Assembly: GCA_013265495.1 (NCBI GenBank)
Contig: MU058198.1
Span: 7,641,779-7,705,778 of the forward strand
Reading direction: 5' to 3'
Origin: Vicugna vicugna
Lineage: Eukaryota
DNA: 64,000 nucleotides
Part shown: positions 51,600 through 63,550 of the stretch, piece by piece
How positions within the stretch are numbered: the first letter of the stretch is position 1
Layout: every line of letters starts with the position of its first letter
Position numbers and translations under genes: made by a program
The notes under the pieces: model-generated
What the model saw: the letters and a program-made list of their open reading frames with translations, nothing else
Told to the model about the DNA's origin: nothing
Database searches by the model: none

Positions 51600-53340
51600 A
51601 GTAAATTGGGGTCTCTGAGGGATGCAGGAGTTTGAAGGGCGTTAGGGCGGAGAGCTGCGGAAACCCTGCGCTTCTCGTCCCCTGTCGGCGCCCCCGCCAG
51701 ACAGACAGCCCCGCAGGGCAGGGCCCTGGCTGACTCTTCTCGAAGAAGGCCCTTCATCGGAGGCTGTGGCAAGAAGGAGTGAACGAAGAATGACAATGAA
51801 CAAATGAATGGACCAAAGGCCGACTGTGGACAAAGGCCTGCAAGATGGCGTTCTCTAGGACCGCGGGAGGGGCGGCCAGGACCTCGGCCGGGGAGGGGGG
51901 CTGCAGGAGCCGAGGACCGAGCTAGGCGGGCCGCGCGCCTGGGACAAAAGCCCGCAACATGGCGTGCTCTAGGACCCCCGGGCCCGCACCGCGCAAGGCG
52001 GGCAGCCGTGCCGGCGGAGGTCAGGCGTCCGCTGCAGCCGGTCCGCCGGGACAGCCGGCGGGTTCTAGGACCCGCTGGGCCCAGAGCCCGCCCGCGCCCT
52101 CCCGGGGCCGCACTCCTCCCGCCCCGCCCGCGCCGCTCGCGCCAGGACAACCCCATCCGCCCTCTGCACCCACAGGGAAACTGAGGCCCGCTCGGGTTGC
52201 GTCCGCACTGGGGCTGCCCGGGGGTCCCTGCGGCTTCCTGCCAGCGTTTCCTACCTGAACGGACTTGGGCTGGCTTCGTGGCGTCAGCGGCAGCTCCTCT
52301 CATCGACGGATCCCGGGACACAACCAGGGAGGGGCAGGCGCTAGGACCCAGCGGGCGGGGTGGAGGGTGAGGGAGAGGAGGCGGGGCCGGCGAGCGGAAG
52401 TGGAAGGGAGCTTTCCCGGTTCGGGAGGAAAGCAAAGTTACCGAAGCACTCCCAATTGAAGGTGGCGGAAAAACAGCTTGCAAGGGGGTCTCTGTGGGTG
52501 CTAATGACAAGGTACACCAGACAGGCTTACGGGATGCAGCAGCTATTGCTAGCCTGGGGCTAGAGCTCCATGAACTAGAAGGTGGGAGGACAGAAAGGCC
52601 ATGCTCAAGATTTGTAGTACCGAAATCCGCTTATATTCCACATTTCCCTTAAGAACAAGGAGTGACTGAAGCTTCCTACGTCTGTCTTGGGAAGTTTTTC
52701 AGGCAGCCCCCCACTTTCGTGCAGTGTCTCTAAAATACTGAGACCAGGTCTGCAGAACCCTTTTTTTCCCCTCTTCTGCGCTCAGCCAGTATGCACCGGA
52801 ACGATTTTAGCGGCTCTTCCCGGAAGTGTGGCTAAGGTTAGTGCAGAAACAACGCAGCGTTCTGACCTACGTGGGCGGGGTCAGAGTCCCGCGTCAGCTG
52901 CTTTTTACCCAGCGCCGGAAGTGTGTTTGTGTGGAACCGCTGCTTGGAGGCGGGACAGAAGTTTTCTCAAGGCGGAAGTTTCGCGGGGAAGCTTTTGAGG
53001 CCAGGACACTTCCTGTTTCCTAGTAACAATAGGAAGTGTCCGCGGAGCTGGGGGTAGACTTCTGGCTCGTGCCAGCTGCGTCCTCTTTCCTCTACCTCCT
53101 TCTTTCTCCCCCTCTTTTATCCCTCTTTCCCTCCCCTCCCACCTCCCAGGAGCCCTGGCGGAGAGTGCGTGTGTGGGAGCGCGAGAGACCCCCACATCCA
53201 CCCCTGGGGCGCGCGGCTGCAGTTAGGGTGAGGGTCCCAGTGCGCAGGCGCACTCCCGTTCGCGGTCCCCAACGGACGCACCCGCGGCGGGAACGAGAAG
53301 GGGCCACTGGTGCGAGGTAGGGGTCCTAAAAGAAAATAGG
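51600..53340. promoter_or_regulatory. Bidirectional CpG-island promoter shared by ZNF668 (-) and ZNF646 (+), with non-coding first exons
   Basis: CpG island between divergent genes. ETS/GABP sites CCGGAAGTG at 52820 and 52915, GCGGAAGT at 52972. Candidate donors CAG|GTAGGA (- strand, 52254) and GAG|GTAGGG (+ strand, 53317); acceptors before 46845 (-) and 54490 (+). Confidence 0.8.
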
Positions 53341-54571
53341 CCAAGGAGATAAGTGAGGCAAGTGGACCTCTTTGGTGGTTGATTAGGAGAGGGGACTCTT
53401 GAACGAAGGACCTTTGTGAGGTGAGAATTCTGGGAGCAGGTTCAGTAAGGGGTTTAGAGTCGGAGATAGGAGTTGTATTAGGGACTCACGGGATTGAAGA
53501 GTCAGAGTCAGAGAAGGTCAAGGTGATGTAGGAGTCATGGGGGCCTGTTATGGAAAGAGCAAGGGCTTTGGAAAGATTGAGTCAGTGAGTTTGCTCATAT
53601 GTAAACTGAGATAACAGAGACAATTGCTGTGTGTTGTGAGGATTGACACAACGAATATTCTTTACTTAAGATAGTGCCTGGCACTTGGTAATGCTTAGGT
53701 AGCACAGGCTGCTGTTGTCATCAGTATTCTGAGAGGAGGTAGAAGGAAAAATGAGAAGGGATGGTGGGGGTAAAGTGAGGAGGCATGGGAAAGAGAAAGA
53801 AAGGAGGTGAGGAACCAGAAATGGATGGAATTTCCAAGATAGAAAATAGTTTGGGATTCAGGGAACCCAAGAGAATCTTTCAGAAAGGAGACTTTGTGGC
53901 CTTGAAAGGAGTAGGGGAGGTTGGGAAACAAGCCAGCCCTTCCTCTGAAGGTGGCCTCTTAGCCTCGCTGCTCAGTTCCTTCAGCTGTCAACTGCAGAAA
54001 GAAGCTGCTTTTTCAGTGCCTCTAGGCTACTCTGTTTATTTGGGGAATGAAGAAGGGAGGCTTGGACTTGACTTATTGAAAATCCTAGAAAAGGCTCAGG
54101 TTTCCTTTTAAGATGTCACAGAAGATAGGTTGTTTGTTTCAGGACTACAGAGAGCAGAGAGTTAGGGACAGTAAGACATTTTGGATTTGGTCTGAAAAAC
54201 AGAATAGGTCTGTGATCAGAGATAGATTGCATTCCTCTAGATGTTAGTTTCCTCATCTATACCTCTCTCTAGGGATGAGTTAGTTCTAGGGGAGTTTCCA
54301 TATTTGGGGAGCTTGTGTGCAGGGAAGCTTTAAATGGTGTTGCTTCCAGAACAGATCTAGTAGGAAGCCAGTCTCTGGGCATTGCTGCATAGGGGACCTC
54401 TCTGTGACCTCTGGTGAACTTGTTGCTCATAGAACCAAGAGGCAAAGTTAACTCAAGCCTTCTTTCTGACCACTGCCTCCTCTTCCTAGGCCTTGGACCA
54501 TCCACCAGAGGAAGATGCTGCTGCCACCTGCCTGCTCTTCCTGAACCTCCAGGTTTCTGCCACACTGCCCC

Positions 54572-57500
54572 ATGGAGGACACGCCCACCTCACTTAGTTG
54601 CTCAGACTGTCAGCGCCACTTTCCTAGCCTCCCGGAACTGTCACGGCACCGCGAACTGCTCCATCCGTCTTCTAATCAAGACAGTGAGGAGGTCGACAGC
54701 ATCCCTCGGCCCTACCGCTGTCAGCAGTGTGGGCGGGGCTACCGTCACCCAGGGAGCCTGGTCAACCACCGCCGAACCCACGAGACTGGCCTTTTCCCCT
54801 GTACCACCTGTGGCAAGGACTTCACCAATCCCATGGCCCTCAAAAGCCACATGAGGACTCATGCTCCTGAAGGCCGCCGCCGGCGCAGGCCCCCCCGCCC
54901 CAAGGAAGCCACTCTACACCTCCAGGGGGAGACAATGTCCACTGACTCCTGGGGCCAGAGGCTTGGCCCTAGGGAAGGCTGGGAAAACCAGAAAAAACAC
55001 ACGGAAGAGACACTTGGCTCTGAGTCTGGGCCTGACCCTAGGGCAGCTCTGGGCACTTGGGAGGATCCACCTTCCAGACTAGGAGAAGGCTGGGAAAGCC
55101 AGCCAGATCCTGAGGAAGGCACAGAGGGCTGGGGGCCCACCACCAACTCTGCCAGAGACCCACCACTCCCCACCCCAGCTAGCAGTCTCCTTAGCAATTT
55201 GGAACAGTATTTGGCTGAATCAGTAGTGAATTTCACCGGGGTCCAGGAGCCCACCCAGTCCCCTCCTGCTGAGGAGGAGCGGCGGTACAAGTGCAGTCAA
55301 TGTGGCAAGACCTACAAACATGCCGGGAGCCTCACCAACCACCGCCAGAGCCACACCCTGGGTGTTTACCCTTGTGCCATCTGCTTCAAGGAGTTCTCTA
55401 ACCTCATGGCTCTGAAGAACCACTCCCGACTCCATGCCCAATATCGGCCTTACCAGTGTCCCCACTGCCCCCGCGCCTTCCGACTCCCCCGAGAGCTGCT
55501 GGAACACCAGCAGTCACATGAGGGTGAAAGTCAAGAGCGGCTGTGGGAGGAGAAAGGGATGCCCACCACCAATGGACACACAGACGAGAGCAGCGAGGAC
55601 CAACTCCCTGGTACACGGATGCTGAATGGCTCCGGGGAGCTGGAGGACAGCGGCCTGGAGGAGTACCGGCCATTCCGCTGTGGGGACTGTGGCCGTACCT
55701 ACCGCCATGCTGGAAGCCTCATCAACCATCGCAAGAGCCATCAGACAGGTGTCTATCCCTGCTCCATCTGTTCTAAGCAGCTGTTCAACGCAGCTGCCCT
55801 CAAAAACCATGTGCGGGCTCATCACAGACCCCGGCAAGGAGCTGGAGAGGATGGGCAGTCATCGGTGCTGCCAGCTCCCCTGCCCCTGGCTGAGACCACC
55901 CACCAAGAGAAAGATGTACCCCCTACCACTGTGGACCACCGCCCCTATAAGTGCATTGAGTGTGGTCGGGCTTACCGCCACCGGGGGAGCCTGGTGAACC
56001 ACCGCCACAGCCATCGGACAGGAGAGTATCAGTGCTCGCTCTGTCCCCGCAAGTACCCCAACCTTATGGCCCTGCGCAACCACGTGCGGGTACATTGCAA
56101 GGCTGCCCGCCGCAGCGCAGGCTCAGGGGCTGAAGGTCCCCCCAGCCACCTTAAGGTGGAACTCCCGCCCAACCCAATGGGAGCAGAGGCAGCCCCACAC
56201 ACAGATCAGGGGCCTGGGTGCAAACATGAAGGGACGACCACTGATGTTCCCCCAGCAGCAGATCGGACTGCACCACAGATATGTAGCGTGTGTGGAATGC
56301 TCTTTGAAGACCCTGAGAGCCTTGAACGTCATGGCCAGACCCACGGCAATGGGGAGGACAGCAGGACGGAGACCAGGGTGTCGCCTCCTCGGGCATTTGC
56401 CTGCCGAGACTGTGGAAAGAGCTATCGCCACTCAGGCAGCCTCATCAACCACCGGCAGACCCACCAGACAGGAGACTTCAGTTGCGGGGCCTGTGCCAAA
56501 CACTTCCACACCATGGCTGCCATGAAGAACCACTTACGTCGCCACAGTCGACGGCGGAGCAGGCGGCACCGGAGGCGGGCCAGCAGCACCAGCGGCAGTG
56601 GGGGAGAAGCCAAACTCCCGTCAGGTGGAAACTGGGCAACAGAGCTGGTGGAAGACAGTGGGGGCCTGGACTGTCCCCGAGACCCTCTGGGGGAAAGTCC
56701 TAGAGGAGCCGAAGGCAACATGAAAAGTGATGGGGGCTGTTTGCCGGTTGCAGCTGAAAGGGACAAATGTGGGCTTGAGAGGGATGAGGCCTGTTTCCAG
56801 GGTGATAAAGAGAGCAGAGGCACTGAGGAAGGCCTGGAAAGGAAGGAGGCCTGTTTCCTTGACAACTTGGACATCCCAAGCGGTGAGGAAAGCAGTGAGA
56901 CTCGCTTCTGTGATGGCCTCCCTGGGGTAGAGGAAGATCAGAAACCAGCCACTGGCCAGTCCAGCTCCCCTCCCTGCTCTGCCGAAGCCGCTGGTGGCTG
57001 GCAGGCTGAGGTCTCCCACACGTGTTCTGACTGTGGGCATTCTTTCCCCCATGCCACCAGCCTGCTGAGCCACAGGCCCTGCCACCCACCGGGCATCTAT
57101 CAGTGCTCCCTCTGCCCAAAGGAGTTTGACTCCCTGCCTGCCCTGCGCAGCCACTTCCAGAACCACGGGCCTGGGGAGGCAGCTTCAGCACAGCCTTTCC
57201 TCTGCTGCCTCTGCGGCATGATCTTCCCTGGGCGGGCTGGCTACAGGCTTCACCGGCGCCAGGCTCATGACTCTTCTGGCATGACTGAGGGCTCGGAGGA
57301 AGAGGGGGAAGAGGAAGGAGCAGCAGGGGCAGCCTCCACCCACAGCCCCCCACTGCAGTTCTCGGAAGCAGAGCTGCTGAATCAGCTGCAGCGGGAGGTG
57401 GAGGCACTGGATGGAGCCGGTTATGGACACATCTGTGGCTGCTGTGGTCAGACCTATGATGACCTAGGGAGCCTGGAGCGTCACCACCAAAGCCAGAGTT

Positions 57501-60500
57501 CTGGAAATACTACAGGTGAGGTTCCCAGCCTCATTCATCACCCGGGAGAGTCAGTTGATGCCACAGGGATGGTTGCAGACGGCGTCTTTGAGGGAACGGT
57601 GACCTCTCTCTCTGGGGAGGGTGAAGACACAAAGTCTGGAGAGGGGGTAGGTGCTGCGCTTGCAGATAGCCTTTGCGCACAGGGTGGGGAAAGTTCTCTG
57701 GAGGCCCAGCCCCGCCCCTTCCGCTGCAACCAGTGCGGCAAGACCTATCGCCATGGGGGCAGCCTGGTGAACCACCGGAAGATCCACCAGACCGGAGACT
57801 TCATCTGCCCCGTCTGCTCCCGCTGCTACCCCAACCTGGCTGCCTACCGTAATCACCTGCGAAACCACCCACGCTGCAAAGGCTCTGAGCCCCAGGTGGG
57901 CCCCATCCCAGAGGCAGGAGGCAGCAGTGAGCCCCAGAACAGGGCAGAGGAGGGCCTTGGGCAGGTCGAAGTGGAGAAGTTCCAGAAAGAACTTAAAGTG
58001 GAGCCCCTGGAGGAGGTGGCAAGGGTGAAAGAAGAGGCCTGGGAGGAGACCACTGTGAAGGGGGAGGAGGTAGAGCCAAGGTTGGAGACCGCAGAGAAGG
58101 GCTGCCAGACTGAGGCCAGCTCTGAACGGCCCTTCAGCTGCGAGGTGTGCGGCCGGTCCTATAAGCACGCTGGCAGCCTCATCAATCACCGACAGAGCCA
58201 CCAGACCGGCCACTTTGGCTGCCAGGCCTGCTCCAAAGGCTTCTCAAACCTCATGTCCCTCAAGAACCACCGGCGCATCCACGCGGATCCCCGGCGTTTC
58301 CGCTGCACCGAGTGTGGGAAGGCCTTCCGCCTGCGGAAACAGCTGGCCAGCCACCAGCGAGTCCATGCTGAGCGTGGTGGGGGTGGGTGCACCCGAAAGC
58401 TGACTCGGGAAGATCGGCCCTTTCGCTGTGGGCAGTGTGGGCGGACCTACCGCCACGCCGGTAGCCTCCTGAACCACCGGCGGAGCCATGAGATGGGCCA
58501 GTATAGCTGCCCCACCTGCCCAAAGACCTACTCCAACCGCATGGCCCTGAAGGACCACCAGAGGCTGCATTCGGAGAGCCGGCGGCGGCGTGCTGGGCGG
58601 TCCCGGCGGGCAGCTGTGCGCTGTGCCCTCTGCGGCCGGGGCTTCCCTGGCCGGGGATCTCTGGAGCGACACCTGCGAGAGCATGAGGAGGAGACCAAAG
58701 GTGGTCAGGGAGGCCCAAATAGCCCAGAGGGCGGTGACCAGGGACTAGAAGACAGACTGGGTGGTACTGATTCGGTACCCCAGTTGGAAGATGTAGCCAC
58801 AAGGCCAGTGGAGCAGACTCAGAGCCCCATCAGGGCAGCAGGTTCAGAAGCCATAGATCCAATGTCCTGGGGCCCAGGGAAAGCAGATGGGTGGCAAGGA
58901 GACGGGGGGTCCATGAATCATGATGGAGACTGGGTTCCTGGGGGTCACGTACTGACCAAGCCAGAAGACGAGTCAGGGGACGGTGTCCCCAGGAGTCCTT
59001 GCCACCTTGGCAACAGCCAGCCCAATGGACCTAGTCTGTTTCCCATGGATAGCTGGGATAGTGGAGACAGCAGCCCTCAGCCCCAGCCAGAGAGCCACTC
59101 CTTTTCCTGCAGCCATTGTGGCAAGTCCTACTGCCAGTCGGAAGGCCTCTTGAATCATAACACCCACAAGACAGACCATCACTATTGCCTGCTGTGCTGT
59201 AAGGAGTTCCTGAATCCTGTGGCCACTAAGAATCACAGCCACAACCACATAGCTGACCAGACCTTTGCCTGCCCTGATTGTGGCAAGGTCTTTCAGTCCC
59301 ACCATGAACTAGCCAGTCACCTGCAGACTCATGCTAGGGGCCTCAGTCAGATGCCACCCCAGATAGAGGAGGCCAGAGGTCCCAGAGCTGGGGCTGTGGA
59401 GGATGAAGTGGATCTCCCTGGTCAAGGGAAAGCCCAGAAGTCTCCATCAGAACCCCCTGGTGCCCCAGGAGAGAATGCCAGGAGAGCTAATGGAGGCCAA
59501 GGCATAAAGTCCACAGGGGCCGAGGATGAGGAGCGGCCCTTCCGCTGTGCCCAATGTGGGCGCTCCTACCGCCATGCTGGGAGCCTGCTGAACCACCAGA
59601 AGGCCCACACGACTGGACTCTATCCCTGCTCCCTCTGCCCCAAACTCCTCCCCAACCTGCTGTCCCTTAAGAACCACGGCAGGACCCACACGGACCCCAA
59701 GCGCCACCGCTGCAGCATCTGTGGCAAGGCCTTCCGGACAGCTGCCCGACTGGAGGGCCATGGGCGGGTCCATGCACCCCGGGAGGGGCCCTTCACCTGC
59801 CCCCATTGTCCTCGCCACTTCCGCCGCCGCCTCAGCTTCCAGCAGCACCAGCAGCAGCACCAGGAGGAACGGACAGTGGCCAGCTCTGGTACGGGGGCAT
59901 GACAGGGTGTGGGCACAGGATTGAAGGGTCCCAGAGGAGGTGGGGACACAGTGGAGGGTTAAAATTGGTCCCAAGGTGCGGGGGAAGCAAGTAGCAAGAG
60001 GATCACATGGATCCCAGGGAGTGGCAGGGGGCTGGGATATGGAGAAAGCTAGTTTGAGGATGCTGCCTTTTGAGCGGCTGAGATCCGAAGCCCTGGGTCA
60101 GGCGAATAGCATGGTGGTCTGGGGCAGTCGGGGGTGGCAGGGAGTGGTCAGGAGCTGCCCAGGCTCCTCTGCCTTGCTGGAGCCAAAGAGGAATGGTCTG
60201 GGGAGGGGAGGTAGCTGGGTACCATCTAGCTGCTATATCTGGAAACCCTCCTGATCCAGCCAATTAAGTAGTGACTTCCAGAGGAAAAGATGGTCTAGGG
60301 TCTGCTCCTTCCTAGAGTAGGCAAGGAGCCAGGGAATGAGGAACGGGGCATGGGAGTCCCCAGACTGGACTGCTTTGTGGCTTCCATGCTGACTTGGTCA
60401 GGGAAACTGGGTGGCTAGTTGGCACCAAGCTCCCTGTCCCTCTCCCTGCGTCTTATCTCTGCACCTCTTCTTTTCTTGGCAACTAGACCCTTGGCACTTT

Positions 60501-61304
60501 CCCACCTATGTTGCCCCACATCTTTTCTCCTTCCCTTTTTTCAATCCTCCTCTTCTTTCTTTGCTGCATATTTCCTTTTTATGATCCGATCAAATCACCC
60601 TTTTTACCTGCACACCCTGCTCCCCGTCAGCACACCTTTAACTGGAACTGAGTCACAGATAATTGTTTCTTTGAAGCCAGGCTCAGCTGTAGTAACAGCA
60701 GTCATTAGCCCCTATCTCCTGTCCTCTATCAAGAGGACTCCCCACGAAAGGCACCTCGGCCCAGCCGCCACAAGGCTGTGGAGGAGTGGGACAGCCTGTT
60801 CCCTCAGCAGATCCTGGTCTCACTCTCCACCTCCTCTAGGGGTCTGTAGCCCTTCTCCCAGGGCCCCTTCCATTTAGTGGCCACCAAAGGTGGGTGTCCC
60901 TGAGATGGTGGGCCCTTGAAGGGAGACTGTCAGGGAAGGAGGGGACAGTGGTGAGATGCCCCTGAGAGCGCTGACAAGAGGACTTTCAGGATAAAAGATT
61001 TTTTGTGACCCTAAGGGAACGAGCGAGGAGCTAGTTAGCCAGGTCCAGGAAAATAATTGGGAGTTCTCATACAGGCCTCAGGGGCCATGGGCGATGGGGA
61101 GTGGCCTGCGGGGCTAGGTATGGGGGTACAAGTTGTATGGAGTTTGCCCCCTCAGTCAGTGACCTCCTCTCTCTCTCCCCAGGATCCCCAAAGGCACCAG
61201 CGGCAGGCAGAGGGGACCTGTCATTGCCCCCTCCACCCACCCCCACGGCCCCACACCTGGACCTTTCACCCCAGTGGCCTGCAGACCTAAGCTTCTCCCT
61301 CTGA
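54572..61304 (+). CDS. ZNF646: C2H2 zinc finger protein 646; giant exon 54572-59888 spliced to 61183-61304 (1812 aa); unspliced ORF ends at 59902 (1776 aa)
   Basis: 1776-aa [34 protein letters not shown]... with dispersed clusters of C2H2 fingers. Donor G|GTACGG at 59889 and acceptor CCCCAG|GA at 61183 are in frame and add [40 protein letters not shown], resembling the C-terminus I recall for mammalian ZNF646. Confidence 0.95.
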
Positions 61305-61718
61305 ACTTCAGTTCTCCAAAGATCAGGATGTGGGGTGGGGGGCAGGTTTGCAGGGAAAGGCTTGATCTCCTTGTTTTGCTCAGGAGTAGTTTGGGCATCC
61401 CCAGCTCTTTTCTCCTCTCACCTGGCGAAGAGGACCCAGATCTGGCTTCTTTCCCAAGGAGGGGGTGAGGTCTTCCTCCCGTCCTGTCCTTGAAGGACCC
61501 CCTTTCCCCCAGCCTTTGCACCACCTTCTTCCCTGTGACCAGCTCTGCAAGAAAGCCAGTGGTAGGCTCTGCCATGATGCTGGGCCCCCCTCACCAGCCA
61601 GATTCCAACACCAGGGAGAGGCAGATTCAGAGAGAGCCGCAGGTGGGAATGTTGCCTGTGGAAGGGGAGCCTTTTACTACAATTTGTAACTTATTTTCTA
61701 AAATCTATTTTGTAACAA

Positions 61719-61724
61719 TTTATT
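61719..61724 (-). terminator. PRSS53: Probable PRSS53 poly(A) signal (AATAAA)
   Basis: TTTATT on + strand about 350 nt downstream of the PRSS53 stop. Confidence 0.65.
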
Positions 61725-62070
61725 TAAGTTTAAAAAAAAAAACAGGAAAATTGCTCCCCCCAAAAAAAGAAATTTTCAAAGTATGAGGCTGGTGTGATTG
61801 TTTCTGAGGGGATGAGGAATAGGGAAAGCTGGGGATGCCTGCGTTGGACTGCAGAGCTGGGTGTGGGGGAGCACCCACAGGCCTCGTCTCCCTGTCCTGC
61901 AGGGTGGGGAGCAGGGGCAGCTGCGGGTCGGGGTGGGCTCCTTCCTAGAGCCCATTGTGCCCACCTTTGGGCCTGCCTGGTTGTGTGTGCGTCAGGGGGA
62001 TGGGGTAAGAGCATGGGGAAAGAGATGTGGGAATTGCTTCCCTGTAACTGCGGCGTCCCAGAGCCACCTG

Positions 62071-63550
62071 TCAACAGCCGGCTGGTTGGCCTGTCAAGGA
62101 GAGGAAGGAGGGTGGGGTTGATCTTGTCCTCACAGCTTCCCTCCCTCCCTCCCTCCAAGGAAGAGGAAGGCAGTGCTCCTTAGGCCCCATGACAGATGGG
62201 AAGAGTGAGGTTTGAAGAGGTCAAGAGGCGTGCTTCAAGTCAAACAGAGACGAAGAGCCAGGACTTGAATCCAGATAGGTCTGTCCTCTGCTCCACCCCA
62301 CCCAGGGCAGCTCCAGGTGGGTCAGGACAGATCCTGCCCTAGATCGAGAGAGAAGCGGTCTGGAGAGGCAGATGTTGACAGGGAGGCCCCAGGGCCACAT
62401 ACTCGTGTTCACAGGGCAGCTTCCAGGCTCAATCTCAGGCTCTGGCTCCTCAGCGAAGTAGACCTGCCAGTCCAAACTGCTGACCCAGTTCTCATAGGTG
62501 GGGAGCGCCGCAAAGACAGCAGGTCTTGCAGGGCCTTGGCAGGCATCGCCGAAGCTATGCAGCCCAGCCAGGAACCACGTGCCCCTCACCTCGTGCACCA
62601 GCGGTGCCCCCGACAGGCCCTGTCAGGGGTTAAGGGACACTGAGTGACTTCCATTTCTCCCCAGGTAGCTGCAGGGGGCAGAAGGGGCCTGGGCTGAGGC
62701 TCTGGCTACTTGGGAGCCAGATGGCAGAAAGGCTGATTTAGGTGAAAGGTGGGTCTGAGGCCGAGCATGGCAGGAGGTCTGTTCATGAGTGGCAGAGTGA
62801 GGGGTCTGTGGAGTGAAGTTTGGGGGACTGGGGCTCACCTCGCAGCCGGGCGGCTCACCCACAACACTGGTACACACCATCCCTGACAGAATGGGGATGC
62901 TGTCGCTCCCAAGGGCCGCATGCAGGCGGCTACAGGCCTTGGGCCCCAAGATGGTCACAGGCACTGTCTGAGGGGAGCTGGTGCCTGCAGGATGAAGGAG
63001 AAGACCTAGCTGCCGCCATGGCCTGTAGACTGGATGCACAGCTGCTGGTGGCCCTGACCTACCTACATACCTGCTCCTTGGCGGGCTAGCCCCAGGACCC
63101 AGCCGCGTTCCCCATCGGGCAGGCGGTGGTCATCATAGGGCAGGCAGAGGGGCCGCAGGCTGGGACCTAGTGTTACGGGCTGGGCCAGCAGCAGGAGGGC
63201 CACGTCGTAGCCCCCTTCCGGGTGGGTATATGCCCCATGCAGGATGACTTGCTTCAGGCCCCGCTCCTCTGATTCAGCTGCCAGGCCTACAGTCCATTCC
63301 TCTGGGGTCTGGCGCCTGTGTAAGGACAGCGTTGACAGCACTGGGTGGCAGAGCTGCCAGCAAGGGTGCAGGCACAAAGATGAGGGAGACAGGGCTCACC
63401 CAATGAAGCAGTGGGCAGCAGTCAGCACCACCTCCTCTGACACTAGGGCTCCGCCACAGGCCAGCTTCCCTTGGTGCTTCAGCCTGGCGTCCCAGGGCCA
63501 TGGGGAGGGAGCTCCTGCCCGGGGGCCTTCTCTCCTCAAGGATCCACAGG
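62071..63550 (-). CDS. PRSS53: Serine protease 53 (polyserase-3), last five coding exons (second trypsin-like domain); 5' part lies beyond the window
   Basis: Exons 63400-63550, 63071-63315, 62839-62984, 62403-62619 and 62071-62090 splice in frame (GT-AG): [50 protein letters not shown]...[10 protein letters not shown]...[42 protein letters not shown]...SQPAGC*. Confidence 0.93.

Noticed and set aside
51536..52510. 324-aa minus-strand ORF in the CpG island
   Set aside because: Low-complexity Arg/Gly/Pro/Ala composition expected from stop-poor CpG-island DNA; crosses a likely splice donor.
54641..59974. Many 100-235 aa minus-strand ORFs over ZNF646
   Set aside because: Shadows of the real GC-rich CDS.
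61897..62067. Possible PRSS53 3' UTR intron (TGACAG|GTGGCT ... CTGCAG)
   Set aside because: Weak donor and no supporting evidence from sequence alone.
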